From Candidatus Levybacteria bacterium RIFCSPHIGHO2_01_FULL_41_15 (lineage in GTDB: Bacteria; Patescibacteriota; Microgenomatia; Levybacterales; UBA12049): a stretch of DNA of 64,000 bases. Both the position numbers and the translations under genes were made by a program. The DNA lies in NCBI GenBank assembly GCA_001782165.1, contig MFNV01000007.1:15449-79448 (forward strand). The letters are read 5' to 3'. This document shows, one piece after another, positions 57,536 to 64,000 of this stretch. The notes under the pieces were generated by a model, which made no database searches, had not been told where the DNA came from, and was given only the letters and a program-made list of their open reading frames with translations. Each line of letters begins with the position of its first letter. Position 1 is the first letter of the stretch.

Positions 57536-57606
57536 CGGGGAGTAGTTTACCGGTAGAATACGCGCATGGGGTGCGTGTGGACGGGGTTCAATTCCCCGCT
57601 CCCCGA
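57536..57606 (+). tRNA. tRNA-Pro (anticodon GGG)
   Basis: Manual fold gives a 7-bp acceptor stem (CGGGGAG/CUCCCCG), a T-arm CGGGG-UUCAAUU-CCCCG, an anticodon stem CGCGC/GCGUG and the loop A-U-GGG-G-U. The D-stem is weak (2 GU pairs). The discriminator is A, and CC but not the full CCA is encoded. Confidence 0.6.
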
Positions 57607-57692
57607 CCCTTCGGCAAGCTCAGGGTCTTCGACTCAATAAATGAAAACTCTGATTTGCCGAAAGGAACTGAGTTTGTCGAAGCTCTCTTACT

Positions 57693-58337
57693 TTAACTCC
57701 TAACCAATTCCTGTACAGAAAGACGTCTAAGAGAAGCAATCCGTCTTACGTTTGGGTAATCTTGACTTTCTTTTCTTGAAAAGAGCATTCCGCCTGTCAA
57801 TGATTGGACAATAAAAACTGAAGTTTGAGGAAATGCCCTTGCAATCATAAGCCCCTCAACGGGATTGTCTTCAATAACAGCAACTTGCTTATAACCATCA
57901 ACAAGCCTTTGTACATGTATTAATTTACCTGTCTCTGCATTTACATGTTTTGGTCTAAACAAAACATCCTGAAAAAAAGGCATGACTTCTCCATCTTCCA
58001 ATGTCCTCAATGTTTCTTTGATCCACCTTTGAGTGTTAGGTCTTCCTGTGACCCCAAAAATGTCAATGCCGCTTCCATAAACTTCTTCAAGGAGTTTTCT
58101 TGCTTGAGGAGTTACTCTTCTTCTTGCTAAAACTTTTAATAAAACCCACTCGTAGGGATTTAGTGGGACATTAATAGGACTGGCACTTTCAGTGCCAGTA
58201 TGAAAATCAATATTTTTTGGGGGTTCAAAAATACGGCGGCCAAGAACAACTCTTTTTCCCAAAGTTTTTAAATATGGGGTAGGTCCACCTATTACAACAC
58301 CATCTAAATCAGCTGATAAAGCTGCTTCTTTTTTCAT
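57693..58337 (-). CDS. HAD-superfamily hydrolase
   Basis: Motif I ADLDGVV near the N-terminus, 214 aa. Confidence 0.5.
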   Translation of the reverse strand: MKKEAALSADLDGVVIGGPTPYLKTLGKRVVLGRRIFEPPKNIDFHTGTESASPINVPLNPYEWVLLKVLARRRVTPQARKLLEEVYGSGIDIFGVTGRPNTQRWIKETLRTLEDGEVMPFFQDVLFRPKHVNAETGKLIHVQRLVDGYKQVAVIEDNPVEGLMIARAFPQTSVFIVQSLTGGMLFSRKESQDYPNVRRIASLRRLSVQELVRS

Positions 58338-58441
58338 CAGGCAAATATACTATATCAAGGTACAAGAAGTCAAAAAATTTATATGCTTGCAGATACCCTA
58401 ATCAGGTTGCATTCGATATAAAAATCGGTTAAAATAGGCTT

Positions 58442-59386
58442 TTGCAGATGAGAAGATCTTCGGAACAACAGCCCCTGGTGGGTTTTGATAATAGCGGAAA
58501 TAGAAACGGAAGTCCTAAAACTCTTTTTGATAGAGCTATTCGCTGGGGTATTTCTAGAAAGGGTGGGGAAAGAAGCCAAAGGAGTATTTGGGAAAGGTTT
58601 CCAGAACTTGGAAGACTTAAGGAAAATTCCCCAGAAAAATTCCCAGACAATGCACTTCTCATCCCCGACGGCAATGGTACGTGGGCTAAACTTCGGGGAT
58701 TAGAGGTTGAAGCTGGACATGAAGCAGGAGCAGATGTTCTTGTCAATTCTTTTCCAAATCTAATTCAAACTTATCCATATATAAGGTATCTAGGAGGTTG
58801 GGGATTGTCAGTAAATAACCTAGGAAGACCAAAGAAAGAGGTAGATTACTTAATGGATCTTTTCAGAAGAACTTTGATACGTTTATATCCTCATTTTATG
58901 AATAACAATATAGCTTTTATACGCTTGGGAAGGGACGATGTATTAGATTCATACCCTGCTACTCGAACTGTTTTTGAAGAAATCCAACATTCAACTAGAA
59001 ACCATACAGGTTTGGCTTTTTACATACCTCTTGGGTTTGATGGAGCTGATCAAAATCTAAGAATTGCTCAAAAAATTGGAACACTTGTTAAAGAGGGGAA
59101 AGTAGATCCTAGCAATATTTCAGAAGAACTCCTTCAAAAACTTAGAGATGGTGGGGGTAAAATTCCACCTGCTGATTTGATTATAAGAACTTCGCAAGAA
59201 AGAACATCAGACATAGGCTGGCTGAATGGGAAAGAAACAGAGCTTTATTTTATGCCTAAAAAACTCTTTCCAGATTTTGGGCTCCCAGATTTTACTAAGG
59301 CTATAATGGCTTTTTCTAGAAGAAACAGAAAATTTGGCTTGAGGTCACAAACTGAAACTTTTGCGGGGAACGTTTATCCCGCGTAA
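58442..59386 (+). CDS. uppS: isoprenyl (cis-prenyl) transferase, undecaprenyl-diphosphate-synthase family
   Basis: LIPDGNGTWAK (cf. IMDGNGRWA) and LIIRTSQERTSDIGWL (cf. LLIRTSGEQRLSNFLLWQ) motifs. The true start may lie downstream of 58442. Confidence 0.65.
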   Translation: MQMRRSSEQQPLVGFDNSGNRNGSPKTLFDRAIRWGISRKGGERSQRSIWERFPELGRLKENSPEKFPDNALLIPDGNGTWAKLRGLEVEAGHEAGADVLVNSFPNLIQTYPYIRYLGGWGLSVNNLGRPKKEVDYLMDLFRRTLIRLYPHFMNNNIAFIRLGRDDVLDSYPATRTVFEEIQHSTRNHTGLAFYIPLGFDGADQNLRIAQKIGTLVKEGKVDPSNISEELLQKLRDGGGKIPPADLIIRTSQERTSDIGWLNGKETELYFMPKKLFPDFGLPDFTKAIMAFSRRNRKFGLRSQTETFAGNVYPA

Positions 59387-59389
59387 AAA

Positions 59390-59857
59390 TTATCTCTTTG
59401 GAGACTGTCTTTTTCTTCTTGCTTTTCCGCCCATTCCAACTTTTCTTCGTTCCCTTACTCTTGCATCGCGAGTTAAAAATCCTTTTTTCCGCAAAACCGA
59501 TCTATATTTTTCAGAATCAAAGGCCACCAATGCCCGGGAAATTCCAAGAATGATGGCACCTAGCTGAGAACTATGCCCTCCTCCTGAAACTTTAATATTA
59601 AACTCAAATTTTGCAAGAGTATCCGTTATCTGAAGGGGTTCCGTATAAATTGCTTTTTGAATTTTCCCGGGAAAAACTTCTTCAATTTTTTTATCGTTTA
59701 CGAAAACCTCTCCTTTTTTAATTTCTTTTGTTCCGCTTGGATAAAGTCTTACCCGAGCCACCGCCTCTTTTCTTCTGCCGACAGCATAGATAAATTTATC
59801 ATTATTTTTCTTCTTTGGTTCCTTCTCTTGAATTCCTGTTTTTTTTGATCCTGGCAT
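59390..59857 (-). CDS. rpsI: 30S ribosomal protein S9 (with a basic N-terminal extension)
   Basis: YAVGRRKEAVARV...GGGHSSQ...KARRKRQ and the C-terminal SPKR. Confidence 0.85.
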   Translation of the reverse strand: MPGSKKTGIQEKEPKKKNNDKFIYAVGRRKEAVARVRLYPSGTKEIKKGEVFVNDKKIEEVFPGKIQKAIYTEPLQITDTLAKFEFNIKVSGGGHSSQLGAIILGISRALVAFDSEKYRSVLRKKGFLTRDARVRERRKVGMGGKARRKRQSPKR

Positions 59858-59925
59858 GATAGTAATATTAAATATTAAATAGCAAATAGTAAATACACAT
59901 AGAAAAAATTAAAAATATTTGATAT

Positions 59926-60375
59926 TTAATCTGTATTTTTGATATTTGATTTTTGATTTTTTATTTTATCACTGTAGGGATGGTTTTCATCGGGAAAGAC
60001 ATAAAGTCTTGTAAGCATCCGGTCTCTAAGTTTATTCTGGGGAAGCATCCCTTTTACTGCATGCCTTATAATTTCCTTTGGATTTGTCTCCTTTAGTTCC
60101 TTGAAAGTTCTTATCTTAAATCCTCCAGGATATCCGGAATGTCTGTAGTATTTTTTATTCTCCTCTTTGTTGCCTGTGACTTTAACCTTGCCTGCGTTAA
60201 CAACAACTACATAATCCCCGCAATCAAGATTTCTTACAAAATAAGGTTTTCCTTTCCCCATTAAAAGTTTTGCGATATCCGAAGCAGTCCTTCCCAAGAT
60301 TTTATCTTTAATATCAACAAGATGCCACTCCCGTTTTATATCAGATATTTTTGTGGGCCTTGTAATTTTGTCCAT
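59926..60375 (-). CDS. rplM: 50S ribosomal protein L13
   Basis: WHLVDIKDKILGR...VVVVNAGKV; L13 signature. Confidence 0.85.
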   Translation of the reverse strand: MDKITRPTKISDIKREWHLVDIKDKILGRTASDIAKLLMGKGKPYFVRNLDCGDYVVVVNAGKVKVTGNKEENKKYYRHSGYPGGFKIRTFKELKETNPKEIIRHAVKGMLPQNKLRDRMLTRLYVFPDENHPYSDKIKNQKSNIKNTD

Positions 60376-60377
60376 AA

Positions 60378-60887
60378 TTATTTTTTATTTTTTGATTTAG
60401 TTTTCTTTGCTTCTTTCTTTAGTTCCGTCTTGTTAGGGCTCTTTTTAGTTTGTCTTCTTTTAGTATCTTTTGTTTGCATTTTTCTGTCCTTTTTTTCTTT
60501 AGAATTCTGAATTTTAAGCTCTGAATTCTCAATTTTATTTTCCGTCCATTCCATTAAAACCATTTCTGCATTGTCGGAAACTCTTTTTCCTAATCTTACT
60601 ATTCTTGTATAGCCGCCTTGTCTTTTTGCAAATCTTGGGGCAATTTTTTCCATCAGCTTATCAATGGCATTTGGAAAAAGATAGGAGGAAAGAAGTCTTT
60701 TGGCATCCTTTCCTTTTTCTTTCGCCTTTGTTATAATTTTGTCCGCATCCCTCTTTACTGCTTTTGCTTTTGCTTCTGTCGTTTTGATTCTTTCTTTCAA
60801 AACCAAAGAGGAAAGAAGACTCTTAAAAAGAGCTTTTCTTTGATTTGTATCTCTTTTGAATCTTCTTCCAAAAACATTCTTTCGCAT
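60378..60887 (-). CDS. rplQ: 50S ribosomal protein L17 (Lys-rich C-terminal extension)
   Basis: RKALFKSLLSSLVLKERIKTT...GGYTRIVRLG. Confidence 0.85.
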   Translation of the reverse strand: MRKNVFGRRFKRDTNQRKALFKSLLSSLVLKERIKTTEAKAKAVKRDADKIITKAKEKGKDAKRLLSSYLFPNAIDKLMEKIAPRFAKRQGGYTRIVRLGKRVSDNAEMVLMEWTENKIENSELKIQNSKEKKDRKMQTKDTKRRQTKKSPNKTELKKEAKKTKSKNKK

Positions 60888-60915
60888 ATTTCGACTTTAC
60901 TCAATATGACCCTTC

Positions 60916-60942
60916 GACATACTCAGGGTCATAATAAAACAA
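60916..60942. repeat. hairpin ATGACCC-TTCGACATACTCA-GGGTCAT in the rpoA-rplQ spacer (related copy after tRNA-Pro at 57605-57627)
   Basis: Inverted repeat read directly. The related copy is GACCC-TTCGGCAAGCTCA-GGGTC. Confidence 0.45.
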
Positions 60943-60989
60943 ACGACAGGTTCTCCCTATCGCAGAATAAATTCTTATGGGATCTTCGA

Positions 60990-61928
60990 TTATTGCGGCA
61001 GTTCTATTTCTCTTTCTTTCAGTTTTTCCCCAATGATAGCAACAGATTTACTCCCCATATTTCTCATCGACATAAGCTCTTTTCGGGGCATTGAAAGAAG
61101 ATCCCCAAATGTTTCAACGTCTCCATTTCTTAAGCTGTTATAAATTCTGGTCGGAAGATCCAATTCATCAATTGTGAGGTTCAAGACATTCTCAGGTATA
61201 GAAGGCGATACGGAAATACTATCTGAGGGAACTGATTTAGGCTGAAATATTTGAGAGAAATAAGAGGAGAGTATTCTTCCCCCTTCATTCAGGGCATCCC
61301 GGGGCGAAACTGCTCCATTGGTCCATACTCGAATAGTCAGTTTGTCAAGATCTGTCTGCCTTCCTACACGAGTTGCTGAAACTTCGTAATTTACCCTTCT
61401 TACAGGAGTAAAAATTGCATCCGTTGGAATAACACCGATTGTTGAGGCTTTTCTTTCTTCGGCAAGCGAGTACCCAAGTCCTCTTTCAACAGTGAGCTCT
61501 ATGTCAATCTTTGCCTTACTATCACTTAAATGCCCAAGATAATGATCTTTGTTTGCAACTTCAATATCCTCGGGAAGTTCAAGATCTTGAGCTGTTATTT
61601 TCTTAGGTCCTTTGACGGAAAGTTTCATAACGCTTGATGTTTTGGAATCGAGAAGTTTAAGATTTAAGTCTTTAATATTAAGAAGAAGATCCACAACGTT
61701 TTCCTTAAGTCCGGGAATTGTGGAAAATTTATGTCTTACGCCAGAGATTTTAACGGAGGTAACAGCAGCTCCGGGAATTGAAGACAATAATACCCTTCGA
61801 AGAGAATTTCCCAAAGTGTGACCATAACCGGGCTCAAGCGGCTCTATAACAAACTCTCCAAAATTTTTTTCAATCTTCTCCTCTTTTACTTTTAGAACTG
61901 GGTCGAGCATAAAGTGATATTTTAACAC
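60990..61928 (-). CDS. rpoA: DNA-directed RNA polymerase subunit alpha
   Basis: N-terminal domain and alpha-CTD (LDLPTRIYNSLRNGDVETFGDLL). Confidence 0.9.
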   Translation of the reverse strand: MLKYHFMLDPVLKVKEEKIEKNFGEFVIEPLEPGYGHTLGNSLRRVLLSSIPGAAVTSVKISGVRHKFSTIPGLKENVVDLLLNIKDLNLKLLDSKTSSVMKLSVKGPKKITAQDLELPEDIEVANKDHYLGHLSDSKAKIDIELTVERGLGYSLAEERKASTIGVIPTDAIFTPVRRVNYEVSATRVGRQTDLDKLTIRVWTNGAVSPRDALNEGGRILSSYFSQIFQPKSVPSDSISVSPSIPENVLNLTIDELDLPTRIYNSLRNGDVETFGDLLSMPRKELMSMRNMGSKSVAIIGEKLKEREIELPQ

Positions 61929-62536
61929 TAACGTGAGTAATATTCAATGATTAATTGTAAATTAAATGGGATTTGCAAATCCTCCATTTTAGGGACCCTG
62001 ATTAATTTTCCCGAATCCCCCTTCTTTTGAAGAAAGGAAATAACTTCTTTATCTTTTTCATCTTCAAGAATCTTTAAAACATTTGTCGATTTCATAATTT
62101 TGGGCGAAAGCGAAACAACATTATCTACTTTAACGGAATAAGACGGAATATTCACCCTCTTCCCATTTATCAAAATGTGGCCATGGGAAACAAGCTGTCT
62201 TGCCATAAATCTTGATTTGGCAAAACCGAGTCTGTAAACAACGTTATCAAGTCTGGTCTCAAGAAGAGACATAAGAATTTCTCCGGTGTCTCCTTTTTTT
62301 CGGGAAGCTTCATTTATTAATCTTTTAAATTGCTTTTCCAAAAGACCATATGTTGCTTTGACTTTCTGTTTCTCTCTAAGTTGAGACCCAAACTCCGAGA
62401 GTCTTCGTTTTCTCTTTTTACCATGGGCTCCTGGAGGAATATTAAGTCTTCTCTTTAGACTTGCGGAACTTTTATCAAGAACATTTATTCCTTCTCTTCG
62501 TGCTAATTTGTGTTTAGGTCCTGTATACCTAGCCAT
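61928..62536 (-). CDS. rpsD: 30S ribosomal protein S4
   Basis: MARYTGPKHKLARREG; classic S4. Confidence 0.9.
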   Translation of the reverse strand: MARYTGPKHKLARREGINVLDKSSASLKRRLNIPPGAHGKKRKRRLSEFGSQLREKQKVKATYGLLEKQFKRLINEASRKKGDTGEILMSLLETRLDNVVYRLGFAKSRFMARQLVSHGHILINGKRVNIPSYSVKVDNVVSLSPKIMKSTNVLKILEDEKDKEVISFLQKKGDSGKLIRVPKMEDLQIPFNLQLIIEYYSR

Positions 62537-62580
62537 TTTTTACCTTCCGAAATTTGAAATTTGAAATTTGAAATTTATTC

Positions 62581-62979
62581 TCATACTCTCCTTTTCTTCT
62601 TTGGTCTTGGTCCGTTGTGAGGAATGGGCGTTATGTCTGATATAAGAGATATAGACAGTCCACCTGATCTAACAGCTCTTAGAGCTGAGTCTCTCCCCGA
62701 CCCCGGACCTTTTATATAAACATCTACTATTTTAAGCCCCTTTTCTACAGCTTTTTTAACGGCCTGCTCCATCGCAACTGTCGCAGCATAAGGAGTTGAT
62801 TTTCGTGTCCCCTTAAACCCTGCCGCTCCTGATGACCCCCATGATATAGTATCTCCCTTGTTATTTGTAACGTTTACTAAAGTGTTGTTAAAGGTTGAAG
62901 TAATATAAATTCGCCCGTGTTCAGTAACTGTTGCTCCGGTCTTTTTCTTAGATTTGACTGCCTCTATTTTTTTTGCCAT
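62581..62979 (-). CDS. rpsK: 30S ribosomal protein S11
   Basis: GRIYITSTFNNT...GSGRDSALRA. Confidence 0.9.
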   Translation of the reverse strand: MAKKIEAVKSKKKTGATVTEHGRIYITSTFNNTLVNVTNNKGDTISWGSSGAAGFKGTRKSTPYAATVAMEQAVKKAVEKGLKIVDVYIKGPGSGRDSALRAVRSGGLSISLISDITPIPHNGPRPKKKRRV

Positions 62980-63380
62980 TATTTTTTAGACTCCAAAATT
63001 CCCATTTTTGCTGCAACCTCTTTTTTGATTGCTCCTATTGTTACTCTCTTTCCTCTTTTTGTTCTTGCATTTGATCTTGTCCTCTGACCCCTTGCAGGAA
63101 GATTTCTTGAGTGTCTTATACCTCTATATGCTCCCGTCTCCTTGAGTCTTTTGATATTCCCTGAAATTTCTGCCCTAAGATCTCCTTCAAGCCTATAAGT
63201 TTCCAAAACTTTTTGGATTCTTTTTTGTTCTTCCTCAGATAAGGAATTAGTTCGCTTGCTTGCATCAATCTCTGCTTTTTTCAAAATTTCATTAACATTA
63301 TTTCTTCCTATCCCATAGAGATAAGAAAGCGCAATATCAATTCTTTTTTCATCTGGTATATTTACTCCTGCAATTCTCAT
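62979..63380 (-). CDS. rpsM: 30S ribosomal protein S13
   Basis: MRIAGVNIPDEKR...GIGR. The internal Met is taken as the start. Confidence 0.85.
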   Translation of the reverse strand: MRIAGVNIPDEKRIDIALSYLYGIGRNNVNEILKKAEIDASKRTNSLSEEEQKRIQKVLETYRLEGDLRAEISGNIKRLKETGAYRGIRHSRNLPARGQRTRSNARTKRGKRVTIGAIKKEVAAKMGILESKK

Positions 63381-63458
63381 ATAATAGTTATGAGTTATGA
63401 GTCGCAAGTTATGAGTGATTTTTTACTCCGAACACATAACTGCGAACCCATAACTTTC

Positions 63459-63572
63459 TTAGCCTTGTCTTTGTTTATGCCTAGGGTTTTCGCAAACAAC
63501 GCGCAAAACACCCTTACGCTTTATTATTCTACATTTCATACATCTTGGTTTAATACTTGCCTGCACCTTCAT
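63459..63572 (-). CDS. rpmJ: 50S ribosomal protein L36
   Basis: Manual translation of the minus strand gives [37 protein letters not shown], with the C..C...C..H zinc ribbon. It sits in the expected infA-rpmJ-rpsM position and is too short for the ORF track. Confidence 0.75.
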   Translation of the reverse strand: MKVQASIKPRCMKCRIIKRKGVLRVVCENPRHKQRQG

Positions 63573-63608
63573 GTTTCAAACTAATAACTAACAACTAATA
63601 ACTTATAA

Positions 63609-63827
63609 CTACTTATATCTATACGTAATCCTCCCTTTTGTCTTGTCATATGGAGTCATCTCAAGTCTCACTCTATCACCGGGTAAAATTTTGATAAAGT
63701 TCATCCTCATCTTACCTGAAAGATGACACAAGACTATGCTCCCGTCATTAAGTTCAACTCTAAAGAGAGTATTGGGCAGAGCCTCTTTAACAACTCCATC
63801 TACCTCAAACGACCCTTGATGAACCAT
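63609..63827 (-). CDS. infA: translation initiation factor IF-1
   Basis: S1-like fold, [16 protein letters not shown]. Confidence 0.85.
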   Translation of the reverse strand: MVHQGSFEVDGVVKEALPNTLFRVELNDGSIVLCHLSGKMRMNFIKILPGDRVRLEMTPYDKTKGRITYRYK

Positions 63828-63946
63828 AAAAATAAATTGCTACATTGCTCTATTGCTAAATTGTTATTCTTAACAATGCAACAATTAAACAATGCAACAA
63901 TTTTCCAAACTATTATATCAGATCAGCTTCGAAACAGCAACAAAAA

Positions 63947-64000
63947 CTATGCGGTAAGAACCAAAGATCCTTCTCTAGTTATCGCTATGGTTCTTTCAAA
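63947..64000 (-). CDS. map: possible 3' end of a methionine aminopeptidase gene (partial, runs off the window)
   Basis: The minus-strand frame ends ...FERTIAITREGSLVLTA*, resembling the MAP C-terminus (TIAITEDGPEILT). The position upstream of infA fits the usual gene order. Only 17 codons are visible. Confidence 0.3.
   Translation of the reverse strand, partial: FERTIAITREGSLVLTA

Noticed and set aside
57536-57606. tmRNA (ssrA) interpretation of the GGGG...GGUUCAAUUCC...CCCCG element
   Set aside because: The T-arm resembles the tmRNA 3' end, but the whole element is only 71 nt and folds as a cloverleaf with a Pro anticodon loop. No tag-peptide reading frame or pseudoknot region lies between the ends.

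Overview
The window reads as a low-GC, gene-dense bacterial chromosome segment. About 75 of the listed ORFs look real and nearly all sit on the minus strand, with short gaps and frequent ATGA or 4-nt stop/start overlaps. The gene content is that of a small-genome, CPR/Patescibacteria-like organism. The lineage assignment is inference.

Main blocks:
- 2.4-12.8 kb: nucleotide-sugar and lipid-linked glycosylation island. It contains a GT-C ArnT/PMT-like transferase, a GT2-GtrA polyprenyl-phosphate glycosyltransferase, UDP-glucuronate decarboxylase, Gmd, an Rmd-like reductase, Ugd, RmlD, RmlB, a Nudix hydrolase and a short RmlA. No RmlC is present.
- 14-15.5 kb: t6A genes (a truncated TsaB, TsaC, TsaE), with TsaD at 44.6 kb.
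- 15.5-19.1 kb: division/cell-wall operon FtsE-FtsX-coiled-coil M23 peptidase-lamin-tail-domain protein.
- 19.8-22.3 kb and 28.3-30 kb: two secreted S8 subtilases, one with dockerin repeats and one with a PA14 domain.
- 30-36.7 kb: housekeeping genes (prfB at 22.3 kb, mntH, secA, serS, rdgB, class I lysS, greA).
- 47.5-50.4 kb: a UvrD helicase fused to a PD-(D/E)xK nuclease.
- 50.8-53.4 kb: an ABC-2 exporter.
- 53.6-57.5 kb: hup, rny, recX, a hypothetical gene, recA.
- 59.4-63.8 kb: part of the ribosomal/rpoA cluster (rpsI, rplM, rplQ, rpoA, rpsD, rpsK, rpsM, rpmJ, infA).

RNA genes the ORF track cannot show: RNase P RNA on the minus strand at about 50443-50765, recognised by the P4 halves GGAAAGUCCAGAC and ACAGAAUCUGGCUUA with the bulged U; a tRNA-Pro(GGG) at 57536-57606; and the 38-codon rpmJ.

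Points worth a second look:
(i) A family of short hairpins with ATGAYCC/GGRTCAT stems. Two of them lie over the TGA stop of the upstream gene and carry a conserved 19-nt loop core CCGAAGTTTTAAC(G/A)AAGGA. A third, stemless copy of the core lies near 30.1 kb, and a related hairpin occurs after the tRNA and between rpoA and rplQ.
(ii) A shared 14-nt motif AATCCAGCCAGTGG about 40-60 nt upstream of two adjacent minus-strand operons (tandem alpha/beta-hydrolase paralogs and the S8-PA14 protease).
(iii) A DUF1003 gene interrupted by a single in-frame TGA at 26538-26540, in a genome that clearly uses TGA as a stop and encodes RF2.
(iv) An apparently circularly permuted M23/LytM domain in the FtsEX-associated peptidase.
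(v) Tandem paralog pairs (alpha/beta-hydrolases and GNAT-fold proteins) with slightly raised GC.
(vi) An archaeal-type PPAT-DUF359 fusion that would form a single-chain CoA-synthesis enzyme.
(vii) Recurrent AT-rich heptamer tandem repeats in intergenic regions and inside three genes.

I found no CRISPR array, transposase or integrase.
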